Origin: Octopus vulgaris
Taxonomy: Eukaryota
Assembly (NCBI GenBank): GCA_951406725.2
Contig: OX597819.1
Location: 55,986,001-56,050,000, forward strand
Direction of reading: 5' to 3'
DNA length: 64,000 nt
Numbering within the stretch: the stretch's first letter is position 1; each line of letters opens with the position of its first letter. Below the pieces are notes generated by a model. The model was not told the DNA's origin, ran no database searches, and saw nothing but the letters and a program-made list of their open reading frames with translations. This document shows, piece after piece, positions 27,467-39,740 of the stretch. A program made the position numbers and the translations under genes.

Positions 27467-28403
27467 CAGAGACAGAGTCAGAGAAAAACAGAAAAAAAAT
27501 GATTAACGAGAACAGATCGAGACATAGAGAGTTAATGATGGCGGTTGATAGAATCATAGGAAGATAAGAGCAAAAATTGAGAATTGAGGGCATGATAAAC
27601 AAATGTCAGATTCTTTTCCCTCGTGCAACTATTTGAAAAATTCAAGGGAATAACCATGTTAAGAGATTTGCCCATTAGACGAGGTTAAGACGAGGTTAAT
27701 TGATAGAGAGCTATTGTAAATAAATATTCTAATGATGAAGAAACTGTGTATAAATATGCATGAGTCGTAGTTGATTTTTTTTATATTCGTGAGGTTTTGA
27801 ATGGAGGCTACATGCAATGTGCTCTTTAACGTTAGTCGTTTCATATCATTAGTCCAAAACAAAGTACTTCAAGAAAATTAAATTGATTCTATAATAAGGT
27901 GACCTGTAGGTCGGCAAGCTGGCGGAATCGGTTAGCACGTCAGGTAAAATGCTGAGCGGCATTTCTTCCTGACTTATGTTGTGCGTTCAAATGCTGCTGT
28001 GTTCAATTTTGCCTTTCACTCTTTCAGGGGCTTATAAAATAAACACCAGTTGAACGCTTAGGTCGACATAATCGGCATCTCCTCCTCTCAAAATTACCGG
28101 CCCTGTGCCAAAAATTGGAAAAAAATATTGTGGGGAGTGAGACAATTATTGATCAGGTTTTTTTTTACCCTTTGTTAATCTGCTGAGAGCTATTTTATTG
28201 GGAGAATGGACTAATAACGAACAATTCGGTCCCAGGGACGAGAATTTAGTAACTTCTTTTACATATAATCTATCAATAAGAGGCATGGTTAGAAGCTTGC
28301 TTCCCGACCATATTGTTCCGGGTTCAGTCCTATTGCGTGACAGTCCTATTGAGCAAGTAACTTCTACTATAGAACCCAGAGTGAATTTAAACCCGTCGTA
28401 TAT

Positions 28404-28462
<59 letters not shown>

Positions 28463-28463
<1 letters not shown>

Positions 28464-28765
28464 TAGCAGTATCGCCCGGCGTTGCTCAGGTTTGTAAGGA
28501 AATAACTATAAAGCATTTTTAGAGAGTTATAGCCAAAAATAGCAAAAAAAATTATGGTAAATTTTTTTTGAGAGTTAAAAAGGTTGAGTTGCGTCCCCTA
28601 TTCTATATTTATCGATTTTTTTCAGAACTGGGAGAACTTTTCAAAATTTTGGCTGCGTTAGTTTTGAATTATGACATTGGGCTATGTGTGTGTCAAGTTT
28701 ATCAGAATGAAATAGGGTATACAAGCAAACAGACACACAGAAACACGCACAGACAAACTGCCGTT

Positions 28766-28775
<10 letters not shown>
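28463..28775 (-). mobile_element. Non-autonomous Helitron
   Basis: The minus-strand 3' end is hairpin CCTGAGCAACGCCGGG plus CTAG (28463-66), nearly identical to the end of 30099-30604. The 5' end merges into (TA)n. Confidence 0.75.
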
Positions 28776-28800
<25 letters not shown>

Positions 28801-29274
28801 GTGTGTGTGCGTATCTAGTATATATAAATCACAGTATGTGTGTGCATAAGGATTAACGCATGCATTTCCACGATTCTCAACCGATTTTCACTAAACTTTA
28901 CACACACATACATTATATCCCAAGGATGGTCATGCACTATAACATTTTGCCTTGCACTCCTGCGTAAATAGACATAAACGAACATAGTTTTTTGTATGTA
29001 GGTTCTTTCATCCTTTAAAAATATTTTTATAAAAGAGAAAGGATTTTGTCTATTTATTTATTTCCACTGTCCACCAGCGACGGTCATCAAATTACATTTC
29101 TTTACCTACCAATGCGTTGTTTTACTTTAAGGATGCTTATTTACCCATCCATTATGATATTTCGATTGTTGTTCATTGTTTCAAATACGTCTTAGCATTG
29201 TTGTTCTAGCTTTTTCTAAACAATCACGTATGATTCGTTCGAAAGAATCAACCTTTAAATAAGTGTTTTGCTTC

Positions 29275-29665
29275 CACTAGCGAAAGCTATACATATCTTT
29301 CAGAAAGCTCCATACCAATTTAACTTTATGTAGCATTCTTCAAAGACATATGTGGGTCTCACAGAGGGAAATTTTAAAGCCAGGTTCAACAATCACACCA
29401 TAAGCTTTAGACACTGGGATAAAAAGAAAACAGCCAAATTATCCAGTTATATATGGTCCTTAAAAGAAAAAAGGTGTCAGCTATAAGATCTACTGGAAGA
29501 TCTTGGCCAAGTGTAAGCCTTACACCAACGGCTGTGGAAAGTGCGGTCTTTGCGATATGGAAAGATGGCTAAAGTTCTTTAGACCCCGCTACATGTCTAA
29601 ATTCAAGAACTGAACTTTTCGGGTCATGTCTACATATGGCAAAACATTTGCTACGTTTTTGGACC
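29275..29665 (+). pseudogene. Penelope-like element GIY-YIG endonuclease relic (Neptune-type)
   Basis: Manual translation from 29343 gives KTYVGLTEGNFKARFNNHTISFRH..KLSSYIWSLKEK / YKIYWKILAKCKPYTNGCGKCGLCDMER / LNSRTELFGSCLH. It is frameshifted and absent from the ORF track. Confidence 0.85.
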
Positions 29666-30098
29666 CCTCCTCCAAGTTTACAGATAGAACCTGCTTTTTA
29701 TATTATACAATACCCACGTATAACCCTTTTACATGTCTTAGCATCCTTTATACTTTTATATATATATTTTATTACTTTACATATTTTTCTGTATATTATG
29801 TAACTTATACACATGTACTATATACCTAATGTATATATGTGTGCATATACACATTGTGTACGAATGATTGTATATATACGAGTGCAAGAATCTATTCGTT
29901 GTACTTGTCTCTTTCCTTCATACACACATATATGTGTGTATATATGTTATATATCTGCAGGTGTAGATGTGTTCGTCAGACAGTGGGGGTGTATTTGTGT
30001 ACCTACGAATATAACTCATTTGTATATTCAAGTTCTGCGGCGATGGTTAATGTTTTACGGTTTATGTTTTTTTTTGCGTATGTGTTTTTATATGTATA

Positions 30099-30604
30099 CT
30101 AGCAGTATCGCCCGGCGTTGCTCGGGTTTGTAAGGGAAATAACTATATAAGCATTTTTAGAGAGTTACTTCCCTTATAAATTCGGGCTTTCTTAGCCATT
30201 TTTGTTTTGGTGTCTTCAAGCCATGAAGTCGTTGTTCTAAAAGAACGCTGGTTTCCTTCACAACGCATTACGACGTTGATTTCTTTACACTCCCTTCCCC
30301 ACAGCTTCACGAGGGAGGGAAGGGGGAGAAGCAAACAGGTGCAGCTGTGAGCGTGGACGCCAACTCCGCCGCCATCGACATACGATGCATTTTATGCATT
30401 AAAATAGAATAAAAAATGATGTTAAATTATTTTTAAAATCGTAGACTCATCGTTGACGCGCGCTAATAGTCAGACGGGCTCGATATGAATCACGACTATA
30501 AGATACCCGAATTTGGTTAAACTGCACCGCAAAATGTGGGAGGAGTTAGGAATCTAAATCGAAGGGGACAGACACTCACACAACTAGAGTTTTATATATA
30601 TAGA
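30099..30604 (-). mobile_element. Non-autonomous Helitron, complete ends
   Basis: Minus strand A|TC...CCCGAGCAACGCCGGG...CTAG|T shows the canonical 5' TC, 3' hairpin plus CTAG, and A/T insertion site. Confidence 0.88.
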
Positions 30605-31043
30605 TATGTCTATCCGCGTATTTATGTGCATGTGCGTATTCACTACGTTTTGTATATCCGTGTATGCATGTGCATGTGCGTATAGATATGTGAGTATTTT
30701 GATGCGTGCGTTTTTACGTATGTCTTTTTATTTGTATATACGTTTTCCGCGTATGTATATGCATATGCGTATAAACCACGTTTTGTATATCCGCGTATGT
30801 ATGTGTGTGTGCGTGTATACGTAGGCATATATATGTATATTTGTGTGTTTGTATGTATATGTACACGCGTGTGTGAATATGTATATAGATATATATGCAT
30901 ACATGTGTGTGTGTGCGTACATGTATGTGTGTGTGTATGTGTGCATATGCGGATTCTATGAATGAAGTATTACTTTCACTATGCCTATTGGAGTAATTTC
31001 CCTTTATTTAACGGTTTATTTTATTTTATAGCGTTTTATCCTA

Positions 31044-31103
31044 ATAACTGATTAGATGCCGAGGCGGGCTTCATCTCCGGTATCTGAAACTCTGAGTTTT
31101 ATT
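31044..31103 (+). ncRNA. Degenerate type I hammerhead ribozyme motif, probably in the terminal repeat of the upstream Penelope relic
   Basis: AATAA-CTGATTA-GATGCCG..CGGTATC-T-GAAA-CTC-T-GAG-TT-TTATT. All three stems pair, but the core has G8->T. Confidence 0.5.
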
Positions 31104-31125
31104 ATTACAACCAACTAAATGTCAC

Positions 31126-31165
<40 letters not shown>

Positions 31166-31222
31166 TACAGGCCTTTGTATTTGTTTTGGATGATCATCCT
31201 TTGCCAATTAAACACTTGATCT

Positions 31223-31255
<33 letters not shown>

Positions 31256-31309
31256 CTTCTTCTTCTTCTTCTTCTTCTTCTTCTTCTCCTCCTCCTCCTC
31301 CTCCTTCTT

Positions 31310-31367
<58 letters not shown>

Positions 31368-31395
31368 AATTATTATTATTATAATTATTATTATT

Positions 31396-31914
31396 GAGTG
31401 AGAGAGCAGTGCATGCCATCAAAGTCACACTGGTGTAAAATATACGAAGCCCAGTATACTCATCATGACTACCAGTCTGATAAGGGTACACTAGGCACAT
31501 GCATCACAACCATATGTGCGCGACATGGTGATCTCATATCAAGATAAACAGCACATGAGCTTGCAGGTGGGACCCAGTTAGAATTTTGTTCGGGTCGAGT
31601 AGCCCATCCTGCTTAAAAAGGTCCCTGAATATGAGTTGCTTGAGGATGTTGAACGAAACACCTATGTTTCCAAAGGTGAATTATCCAAACTCCATGCTAC
31701 TCAACTACTTCTGCTCGTGATCAGAGATGCACATATCGTCAGCCATTAAGGGACATGCTCAACTGGTTAAGGTCAAACAACAAATCTGTAGTACTGAACA
31801 GAATATTTACTGTAGTCCATCTTTTATACCAAGACAGAATAATGTACATGATAACACTTCCAATCAGTTAAGATCAGAAGCCGTGGGAGCCACTGCCTGG
31901 TATTACGTCCAGGC

Positions 31915-31917
<3 letters not shown>
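31396..31917 (-). mobile_element. Non-autonomous retroelement embedded in (TAA)n
   Basis: About 520 bp flanked on both sides by (ATT)n. A truncated second copy at 37107-37338 has the same ATT-GAGTGAGAGAGCAG end. Confidence 0.7.
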
Positions 31918-32011
<94 letters not shown>

Positions 32012-32336
32012 AGTTTATTTGTCACAGTTCTTTCATCACACATCCTGTGACCTCTTCAATAACTTTCTGTCCAACGTGTCTCGTCTTGTCCAACCTATTC
32101 CATATAAACACATTCCCAACACATACATACATATATACATACATACATACATACATACATACATACATACATACATACATACATACATACATACATACAT
32201 ACATACATACATGCAAGCATGCATACATACATACATACATACATACGTACATACATACATACATACATACATACATACGTACATACATACATACATACAT
32301 ACATACATACATACATACATACATACATACATACAT

Positions 32337-32890
32337 AATGGTGGCTGCCCCCTCGTTATCGACTATGGCCATTGCACGAAGCCTAATCAATGTTGTTATC
32401 GTGCAATGTCTGTGCAAGAAGATTTTTTTTTAAAGTGAGGAAAGGCTGTGCACTGAGTCAATCCCACTCACTAAGCAACAGCAGCCATAATCCGAAAAGA
32501 AGAACAAGTCAACATCATCAGTAACCACTGAGCCGCAGGTTTTATATCGGAGTTATCCCAGTTACCTGAGTTACCTTCTCCCAGAAGGATGCCCTAACAA
32601 AGGCTAGGAGTCTTTCACTCCCAATGGTTTAACCGCGCGATCGGGTATTCAGTCCAATTATTTCTATGTCCCCGCGCTGATACATCCTTAAGACATTTAC
32701 TGGATGGCCGTTGACTCTCAAGAGTTCCTCCGCCCTTTGACGGGTTTTGTTTTTCATCCCGCAGGGTGTCCAGTAAACACCCTCCTCAACAAGCAAGCTT
32801 GGTGGGGTTGCCGGTTTAGTCGCCAACGAACCGAACATGCAACAGGTTGTACTGGGTTACATGTTACCAGTAGCACTCGAAAGTGACCTG
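32337..32890 (-). mobile_element. RTE-LINE-derived non-autonomous element in (CATA)n
   Basis: The minus strand has RTE 5'UTR-like motifs (AAAACCCGTCAAAGGGCGGAGGA; AGGGCATCCTTCTGGGAGAAGG..AACTC) and ends in an (ATGT)n tail. No ORF. Family assignment is from memory. Confidence 0.55.
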
Positions 32891-32926
32891 ACACATACAT
32901 AATACATACATACATACATACATACA

Positions 32927-32960
<34 letters not shown>

Positions 32961-33087
32961 CATACATATATATAAATAAATAAATAAATAAATATATATA
33001 TATATAAGAAATATTGAATTTCTAAATCTCTCGTAGAGACCTGTACGGTGGTGGGGCGATAGAATGGTTGTATACTGTCAATCTAAC

Positions 33088-33165
33088 AAGAACGTGACAG
33101 TAGGGGGTATACCACCGTTGTATAAGGGCTATACAACGGTGGTGTTCCCCCTACTGTCACGTTCT

Positions 33166-33166
<1 letters not shown>
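33088..33166. repeat. 79-nt near-perfect hairpin (37-bp arms, 5-nt loop)
   Basis: AAGAACGTGACAGTAGGGGGTATACCACCGTTGTATA-AGGGC-TATACAACGGTGGTGTTCCCCCTACTGTCACGTTCTT, with two non-Watson-Crick positions. Confidence 0.9.
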
Positions 33167-33198
<32 letters not shown>

Positions 33199-33903
33199 AG
33201 AGAGAAAGAGAGAGCGGAAGAGAGGGAGAGAGACTCCGACAAAATAAGCAGTAGACTTAGCAATAAGTACTGCAGCCGATTCGACAGACAGAGTCCTTCA
33301 AGGAGACACTACATTAGAAGCGCAGTGAATGAAAGTAGTGAAAGAGCAAAAAAAAAAAATATATACACGCGCGCGCACACACACACTCACAAAACCGATC
33401 ACCTCAATAATCCTTTTGTTTGAAAATCACCTAATCCAAGGTTTAGTCGTGGTGAACTGTCATAATATATAATTCGAAATAGCAACTTTATCATCAATCA
33501 ATCCTCGTAAAAAAAAAAAAGACAGAAACAAAAAAAAAAACACCTTTAAAACTTGTAGTGTTTGTACAAAAGGCTAAATTAGAATCAAGAGAAATTTTTT
33601 TTTCTGAAAACAACTCGTAAATGGATTTGTTACATGCATATAATAAACGTAAACTAATTTTACGATCACATCTATTGCCATCGGGATAATAATAGCTCCT
33701 TTACAAGAATACATTACAAAGCTGCCACAAAAAATAGACTTTTTTCGTTTTGGCTTAAAGCTACAGATTTATTTGGAAATTGTGATGCCAGCTTGTATGA
33801 GTTTAAGGCCTTCCTGAAAAGCATTTGGCAACTTACATGAAGAGAAGCAGATACAGCTTAACAATTGTTGGATTTGATGAATATATATATATGTGTATGT
33901 GTG

Positions 33904-33974
<71 letters not shown>

Positions 33975-33976
<2 letters not shown>

Positions 33977-34452
33977 AGAGAATTCACAAAAAAAAAACAA
34001 AACAAAAGACGAAGACAGGTGGTTTAGACAACAGACAGATGTATTAGTTTAACGCTTCAGAAGTCAAAAAGTCTTTAACGTTTCGAGACTACGCTCTTCC
34101 ACAGAAAGGAACACAGAAAGAAACAGGGATATAAAATGTATATAATACAGTGAGTAATTCATTTTAGTACCACTAAATTGAACTTCTCTCCTCTGTGGAC
34201 TCGGAAATAACTTCCCTAATATATGTGACCGCGTGTGTATCGTTCAATATGTGACCGCGTGTGTATCGTTGGCGATTTTTTCCCCCCGTCTTCCCATCCT
34301 TGGATCTTTCCTTTTCCTATGTTTCTGACGAAGAGCTCCGCTCGAAACGTTAAATCCTCCTTCTTTCTTTCCTTTCCTGAGCGTCCTATAACACTATACT
34401 TATTCCACGTCCTCGCGTTGTGTTTTCTCTTTGTGTTTTCATGTTTGGATTA

Positions 34453-34456
<4 letters not shown>
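33975..34456. mobile_element. Divergently oriented pair of related Penelope-terminal-repeat-like units
   Basis: The minus unit carries CTTT-CTGTGGA-A-GAG..CTC-GAAACGTT-AAAG (34073-34108). The plus unit carries the hammerhead at 34321. Bounded by (TA)n. Confidence 0.6.
34321..34355 (+). ncRNA. Minimal type I hammerhead ribozyme (Penelope-type) with intact core
   Basis: GTTT-CTGACGA-A-GAGC-TCC-GCTC-GAAA-CG-TT-AAAT gives the CUGANGA and GAAA boxes, stem II GAGC/GCTC, palindromic AACGTT stem III and stem I GTTT/AAAT. Confidence 0.75.
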
Positions 34457-34523
<67 letters not shown>

Positions 34524-34534
34524 GTATGTATCAT

Positions 34535-34568
<34 letters not shown>

Positions 34569-34571
34569 GTA

Positions 34572-34614
<43 letters not shown>

Positions 34615-34617
34615 AAT

Positions 34618-34655
<38 letters not shown>

Positions 34656-36214
34656 GTATACATATTTTACCACATGAACTACGATGAAAAAAGTATGAGA
34701 AAGATGTAGTATATAATTATTTTTGTGCAGGGGTTCCTTGAGACATGTAATTTATTTTAAGGGTTAAAAAGGTTGAGGAACACTGATTTAGGTTTTAAAA
34801 GCAGACGCTGACTCTCATGAGCGGGTCCATCAAACTGCTGAAGGCACCACAGATTCCAGTAGCTCAATGCCGTAAGCAGAGGGAGCATTAAAATATTGTC
34901 GAAAGCTTTGTTAAATCGGTGCTACGCTTGAATTGTAATGTAAATTTTATCATTCTAAATTGGTTAACAACCTGGCTCTATTTATTGTTCTTATACCCAT
35001 CAATATTGAGTAAACTCGAAATAAGTAACTCAATCAGTTGCTACAGACTCTTTAACTAGATATAAAAAATACAAACACCAACAAAGTCGTATCTAAATGC
35101 AATATAGAATTTAAATACACCAATAATCTCCAATTGCATATATGTCACCTGAGATCAATGACAGATTTCACCATAATCATTCCTATTTGGTTATATACAT
35201 CAAAGAAGTGATGCTTTCAGTGACGTATTTTCTACAAACTCACTTTTGAAGTGTTTTGTCATTTTCGTCGGCAATTACTTAAAGCGTTTGTCACTTCTGT
35301 TGGAACATTTAAAATGCGGCGACTTTATGTACACATTTGACACTTCTAGCTCACATTAAATTTCCATTTAGTAAAAGCCATTTCTGCAAGAAAAAAACAA
35401 AACAAAACAAAAACCAAAAAGAAAAACAAAACAAAAAAACACCAGAGTGATATTCATTTGCAACAACTTCTTCATATTCTCCACAATCTAAAAGCTTCCT
35501 AATCTATTTCCCAGAGGTAATTTTAACTCTTGCATTATTCAGAATTCTGTGGCTTTATGCATTATTCAGGATTTCATCACCTTAATTTCTTAAAAGTTGA
35601 TGGTTTTACCATATAAATATAGAGTAACATCTATTTTCAAATAAAGGCCAGCATTTACATTGGTAGACTTCCATCATAAATTTCGGAATGATTATAGAGA
35701 TCAGATCATGATAATAGACATACTCACGTACACATTAGTAACATAACTACATAGTATCCTTTGAAAATAGTGTTATTGTTCTGTGTTGTCTGTCAGAATG
35801 AAAGATGCCATGCATACTAAACTAGTTGGTTGTTGGTTTTACAAACAGGCATGTAAGCTCAAATTTGCAGTGGATCAGAAATAAGATTGTCTAATATTTA
35901 TGTGTTTATGCCTTTCTCAATAGATTTAGAAAAGCAACTAAAGTAACATGGCTGTACCCGGAAACGGACAATCGAAATCAAGGCACAGAATCGATGTTCC
36001 GGAAATTTCTCTCCTATAATTCTTCTCTGATACTTGTCTCTTCACTAGTTCGATATTAATAAACACATTATTTGTAGGCACTGAAATACTTTGAACATCC
36101 TTCTTTATCTGGTTTGTTTTAACAACAGAAAGATTCAATACCTGCTCATATCATGGAAGCAATAGTTAAACTCTCTAGTGAGTGACAAAACACAATAAAA
36201 ACTTCTCCAAGTTT

Positions 36215-36480
36215 CTACAAATGTTAGGTCTCATAATAGCTGATCCTATCTCCTGACAGTTTCACTTATACAACATAGTAAAAACCCCATACAAAAACCC
36301 GGCCTTCCTCCTCAAGGTCAGGAAATATTTGAATTTTGACCAATTCCTGTGATTCTACAAAGCTCAAGTAATACCTGCGGTCTTGTACTGAACGTCAACT
36401 TGAAACCACATCTATTTCGCCAAGCAGAGATAATCCACTAGAATCATAAACTTGATTCTTTCTCTCATTAAGCCATCGTC
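36215..36480 (+). pseudogene. CR1/Jockey-type LINE RT C-terminal relic
   Basis: Manual translation QMLGLIIADPIS*QFHLYNIVKTPYKNPAFLLKVRKYLNFDQFL*FYKAQVIPAVLY*TST*N resembles the LG....L.W..H / LYKAQIRP.LEYCS..W thumb region. Confidence 0.65.
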
Positions 36481-37040
36481 TCCCTGAGATTTAGCAAGAA
36501 TTCAGGCTGTTATTATCTCACTGCAATTTGCACGGTCATTAGGAATCTCGAAACAATCTTTTTTTTTATAATTTTCTTTTTTATTTTATATTTTTCATTT
36601 CCTTGTGAAAAGACTTTTGTCTTATAAATGTATTTGCCTGTGTTAAAACAGTCATCGTTCAAATAAAACTTAAATATCGCGATAGAAGAGATATGTAAAT
36701 AGCTAATTTCTTTCGTAATTCGATAGTTTTCCATTTATAAAAAAAAATATTTTCAGTCTAAAAATTGCCATCCAACCGACAATGCCTGCGGTCTTTCATT
36801 GTTTATAGATTAACTCTTATTTCTGCTTCGATTAATGTTATTAAGAATTTCCGATAACATGTACTGTTGTCTACATCAACAGTTCCCAATAATCTTTAGT
36901 CGACGTTAAATTTCATCGATAACAAATTAATTTCAAGTATACGGAAATTAATTCTGAGTATCTCTAAATTTGTTGAAGACTGTCTCTTTCCTTAGCCTCA
37001 TTCCCATATGCTGACGTCATTATCATCATCATCATCATCT

Positions 37041-37087
<47 letters not shown>

Positions 37088-37359
37088 GAGTGAGATTATT
37101 ATTATTGAGTGAGAGAGCAGTGCATGCCATCAAAGTGACACTGGAGTAAAATATACGAAGCCCAGTACACCCATCATGACTACCCGTCTGATAAGGGTGC
37201 ACTAGGCACAAGCATCACAACCATATGTGAGCGACATGGTGATTTCATATCAAGATAAACAGCACCTGGCCAGTTAGAATTTTCTTCTGGTCGAGTAACC
37301 CATTCCGCTCAATAGGTTCCTGAATAAGGGTTGTTTAAGGATGTTGAACGAAACACCAA

Positions 37360-37476
<117 letters not shown>

Positions 37477-38094
37477 TATTATTATTAAAAAGGCGAGCTG
37501 GCAGAATCGTTAGCACGCTGGATGAAATGCGTAGCAGTATTTCACCCGTCGCTGTTTTGAGATCAAATTTCATTGAGGTCGACTTTGTCTTTCATCCTTT
37601 CGGGGTCGATAAATTAAGTACCAGTGAAATAGTGGGGTTGATGTAAGCGACTAGTCTGCTCCCCACAAATTTCAGGCCTTGTGTTTTTAGCAGAAAAGAC
37701 GTAGGAGTGGGTGTGTGGTAAGTAACTTGCTTACGAACCACATGGTTCCGTGTTCAGTGCCACTGCGTGGAAACTTGGCCAAGTGTCTTCTGCTATAACC
37801 TCGGGCTGACCAAAGCCTTGTGAGTGGATCTGGTAGACGGAAAGTGAAAGAAGCCCGTCGTATATATGTATGTGTGTGTATATGTGTATGTGTCTGTTTT
37901 TGTCCCCCTCTCCCAACATCGCTTGACAACCGATGCTGGTGTGTTTACGTCCCCGTAAAATAGAGGTTCGGCAAAAGAGACCGATAGAATAAGTACTAAG
38001 CTTACAAAGAATATGTCCTGGGGTCGATTTGCTCGACTAAAGGCGGTGCTCCAGCATGGCCACAATCAAATAACTGAAACAAGTAAAAGAGTAT

Positions 38095-39740
38095 TATTAT
38101 ATAACTGTTCAATATTTGGTAGATTGAGGCAAATTGCTACTGCATCACCTGCTACACCTCCGTGTTGCTAGGTGTGTACAGCATTGTGCGTTCTTTTCTG
38201 CTGTTGAGAGTGTGCAAATTCTTACCGGTACTGTATTGTGTTAGTTTATTTTTCCTTGAGGTGTGGTGCCCTCTTTTGTTGTGTCACTGCTCGTATTGCG
38301 TGTTGAGTGTGTAATTTTTTTTGCTTGCTGGTGGGAGTTTATCTCACTGAGTAAATGCTGTATAGAGTGTCTTGTATTTGTGGGTTGTTTTGGTTAGGTT
38401 GTATTTTGGATTGATACTGTTTTGCGCAAGATGTGGGCTGTTCCTAGTAGGCTTACTTTTTGGACAGTATGTAGTCATTTCTTTATTGCCCACAAGGAAC
38501 TAAACATAGAGGGGACAAACAAGGACAGACAAACGGATTAAGTCAATTACATCTGGTACTTATTTAATCGACCCCGAAAGGATGAAAGGCAAAGTCAACT
38601 TCTGTGAAATTTGAACTCAAAACGTAACGGCAGACGAAATACCTATTTCTTTACTACCCACAAGGGGCTAAACACAGAGAAGACAAACAAGGACAGACAA
38701 ACGGATTAAGTCGATTATATCGACCCCAGTGCGTAATTGATACTTATTTGATTGACCCCGAAAGAATGAAAGGCAAAGTCGACCTCGGAGGAAGTTGAAC
38801 TCAGAACGTAAAGACAGACGAAATACCGCTAAGCATTTCGCCCGGCGTGTTAACGTTTCTGCCAGCCCGGCGACTTTTGGGACAGTATGTAGTATTGAGG
38901 ATCCAGGTATAGCTTCTACATTTTTGTTTGTATGATATTTTTATCATGCCCAGTGCTCCAATTATTATTGGTATTGTTTTTACTTTCATACCCCATATTT
39001 TGAATATTTCAATTTCGAGGTCTTTGTACTTCGACAATTTCTCCACTTTTTTTGACAATATTTTGATTAGAAGAGACCGCAATATCTATCAGTAAAGCAG
39101 GAGTTTTTCCCCAATCCTTGACTATTCGACGATTAGCTTTTATTTCTTTGTCGGTTTGAGCCGGCATATCCCGGGTGATTGTGGCCTGATCATTGTCTCG
39201 TACCTTGCTTGGCACATGCTTATACCACCAGCTGTCAGTTTTAACGTTGTAATGCTGGCATATTGTCTAGTGGATATAACTGCTTACTTTGTCGTGTCTT
39301 TATGTATACTTAGACTGACAAGGACTGGGCAGTCTGAGATGATGTCAACTGTCTGTTTGTGCTAGCTACACGTTCTGCAATTGGTGTCGAGGTCTGTTTT
39401 CATTATTTTGTTTTTATAATTGTTTGAGCCGTTGTTGGTTTTTACTTATGCTCACTTCCTCTCGGTCAAACACTGCAGGGTATCATTTGTAATCCAGTTT
39501 TCATGTTGTTTTTGTATCTCTGACCATTTCTGCTATGTCGTCATCTTAGGTCAGTGTAGTTTGCTTCTGTTTTGTATTTTGTTACCTCGTGTGTAGAGAA
39601 AAGCGTTTTATTTTTCTCATGTTGCTTTATTACATGCAGTAGTCTCCCACTCTTTGTTTCTAAGTACTTTGCTAGTTCAACTGTTGTTATTTCATAGTAG
39701 CTTTCTATCTGTATCGGGCCACGGCCTGCTTCTTAATAAG
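38095..39740 (-). mobile_element. Old, decayed R4/Dong-type LINE 3' part, interrupted by a SINE dimer
   Basis: Fragments QTDKEIKANR, LLIDIAV, EKLSKYKDLEIEI..IWGMKVKTIPIIIGALG and VQKVSLLGTAHILRK are homologous to the C-terminus of 45161-48886. Ends in short (TAA)n at about 38092-38100. Confidence 0.85.
38476..38872 (-). mobile_element. Dimeric SINE family B insertion with 21-bp target-site duplication
   Basis: One head plus two bodies, flanked by ACTTTT(T/G)GGACAGTATGTAGT at 38455-38475 and 38873-38893. Confidence 0.85.

Noticed and set aside
32690-32800. HDV-like ribozyme in the RTE-derived element (minus strand TTTACTGGA/TCCAGTAAA pairing preceded by GGCCA)
   Set aside because: P2 and J4/2-like parts fit, but I could not place P1 and P1.1. 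An RNAMotif search on the consensus would be needed.
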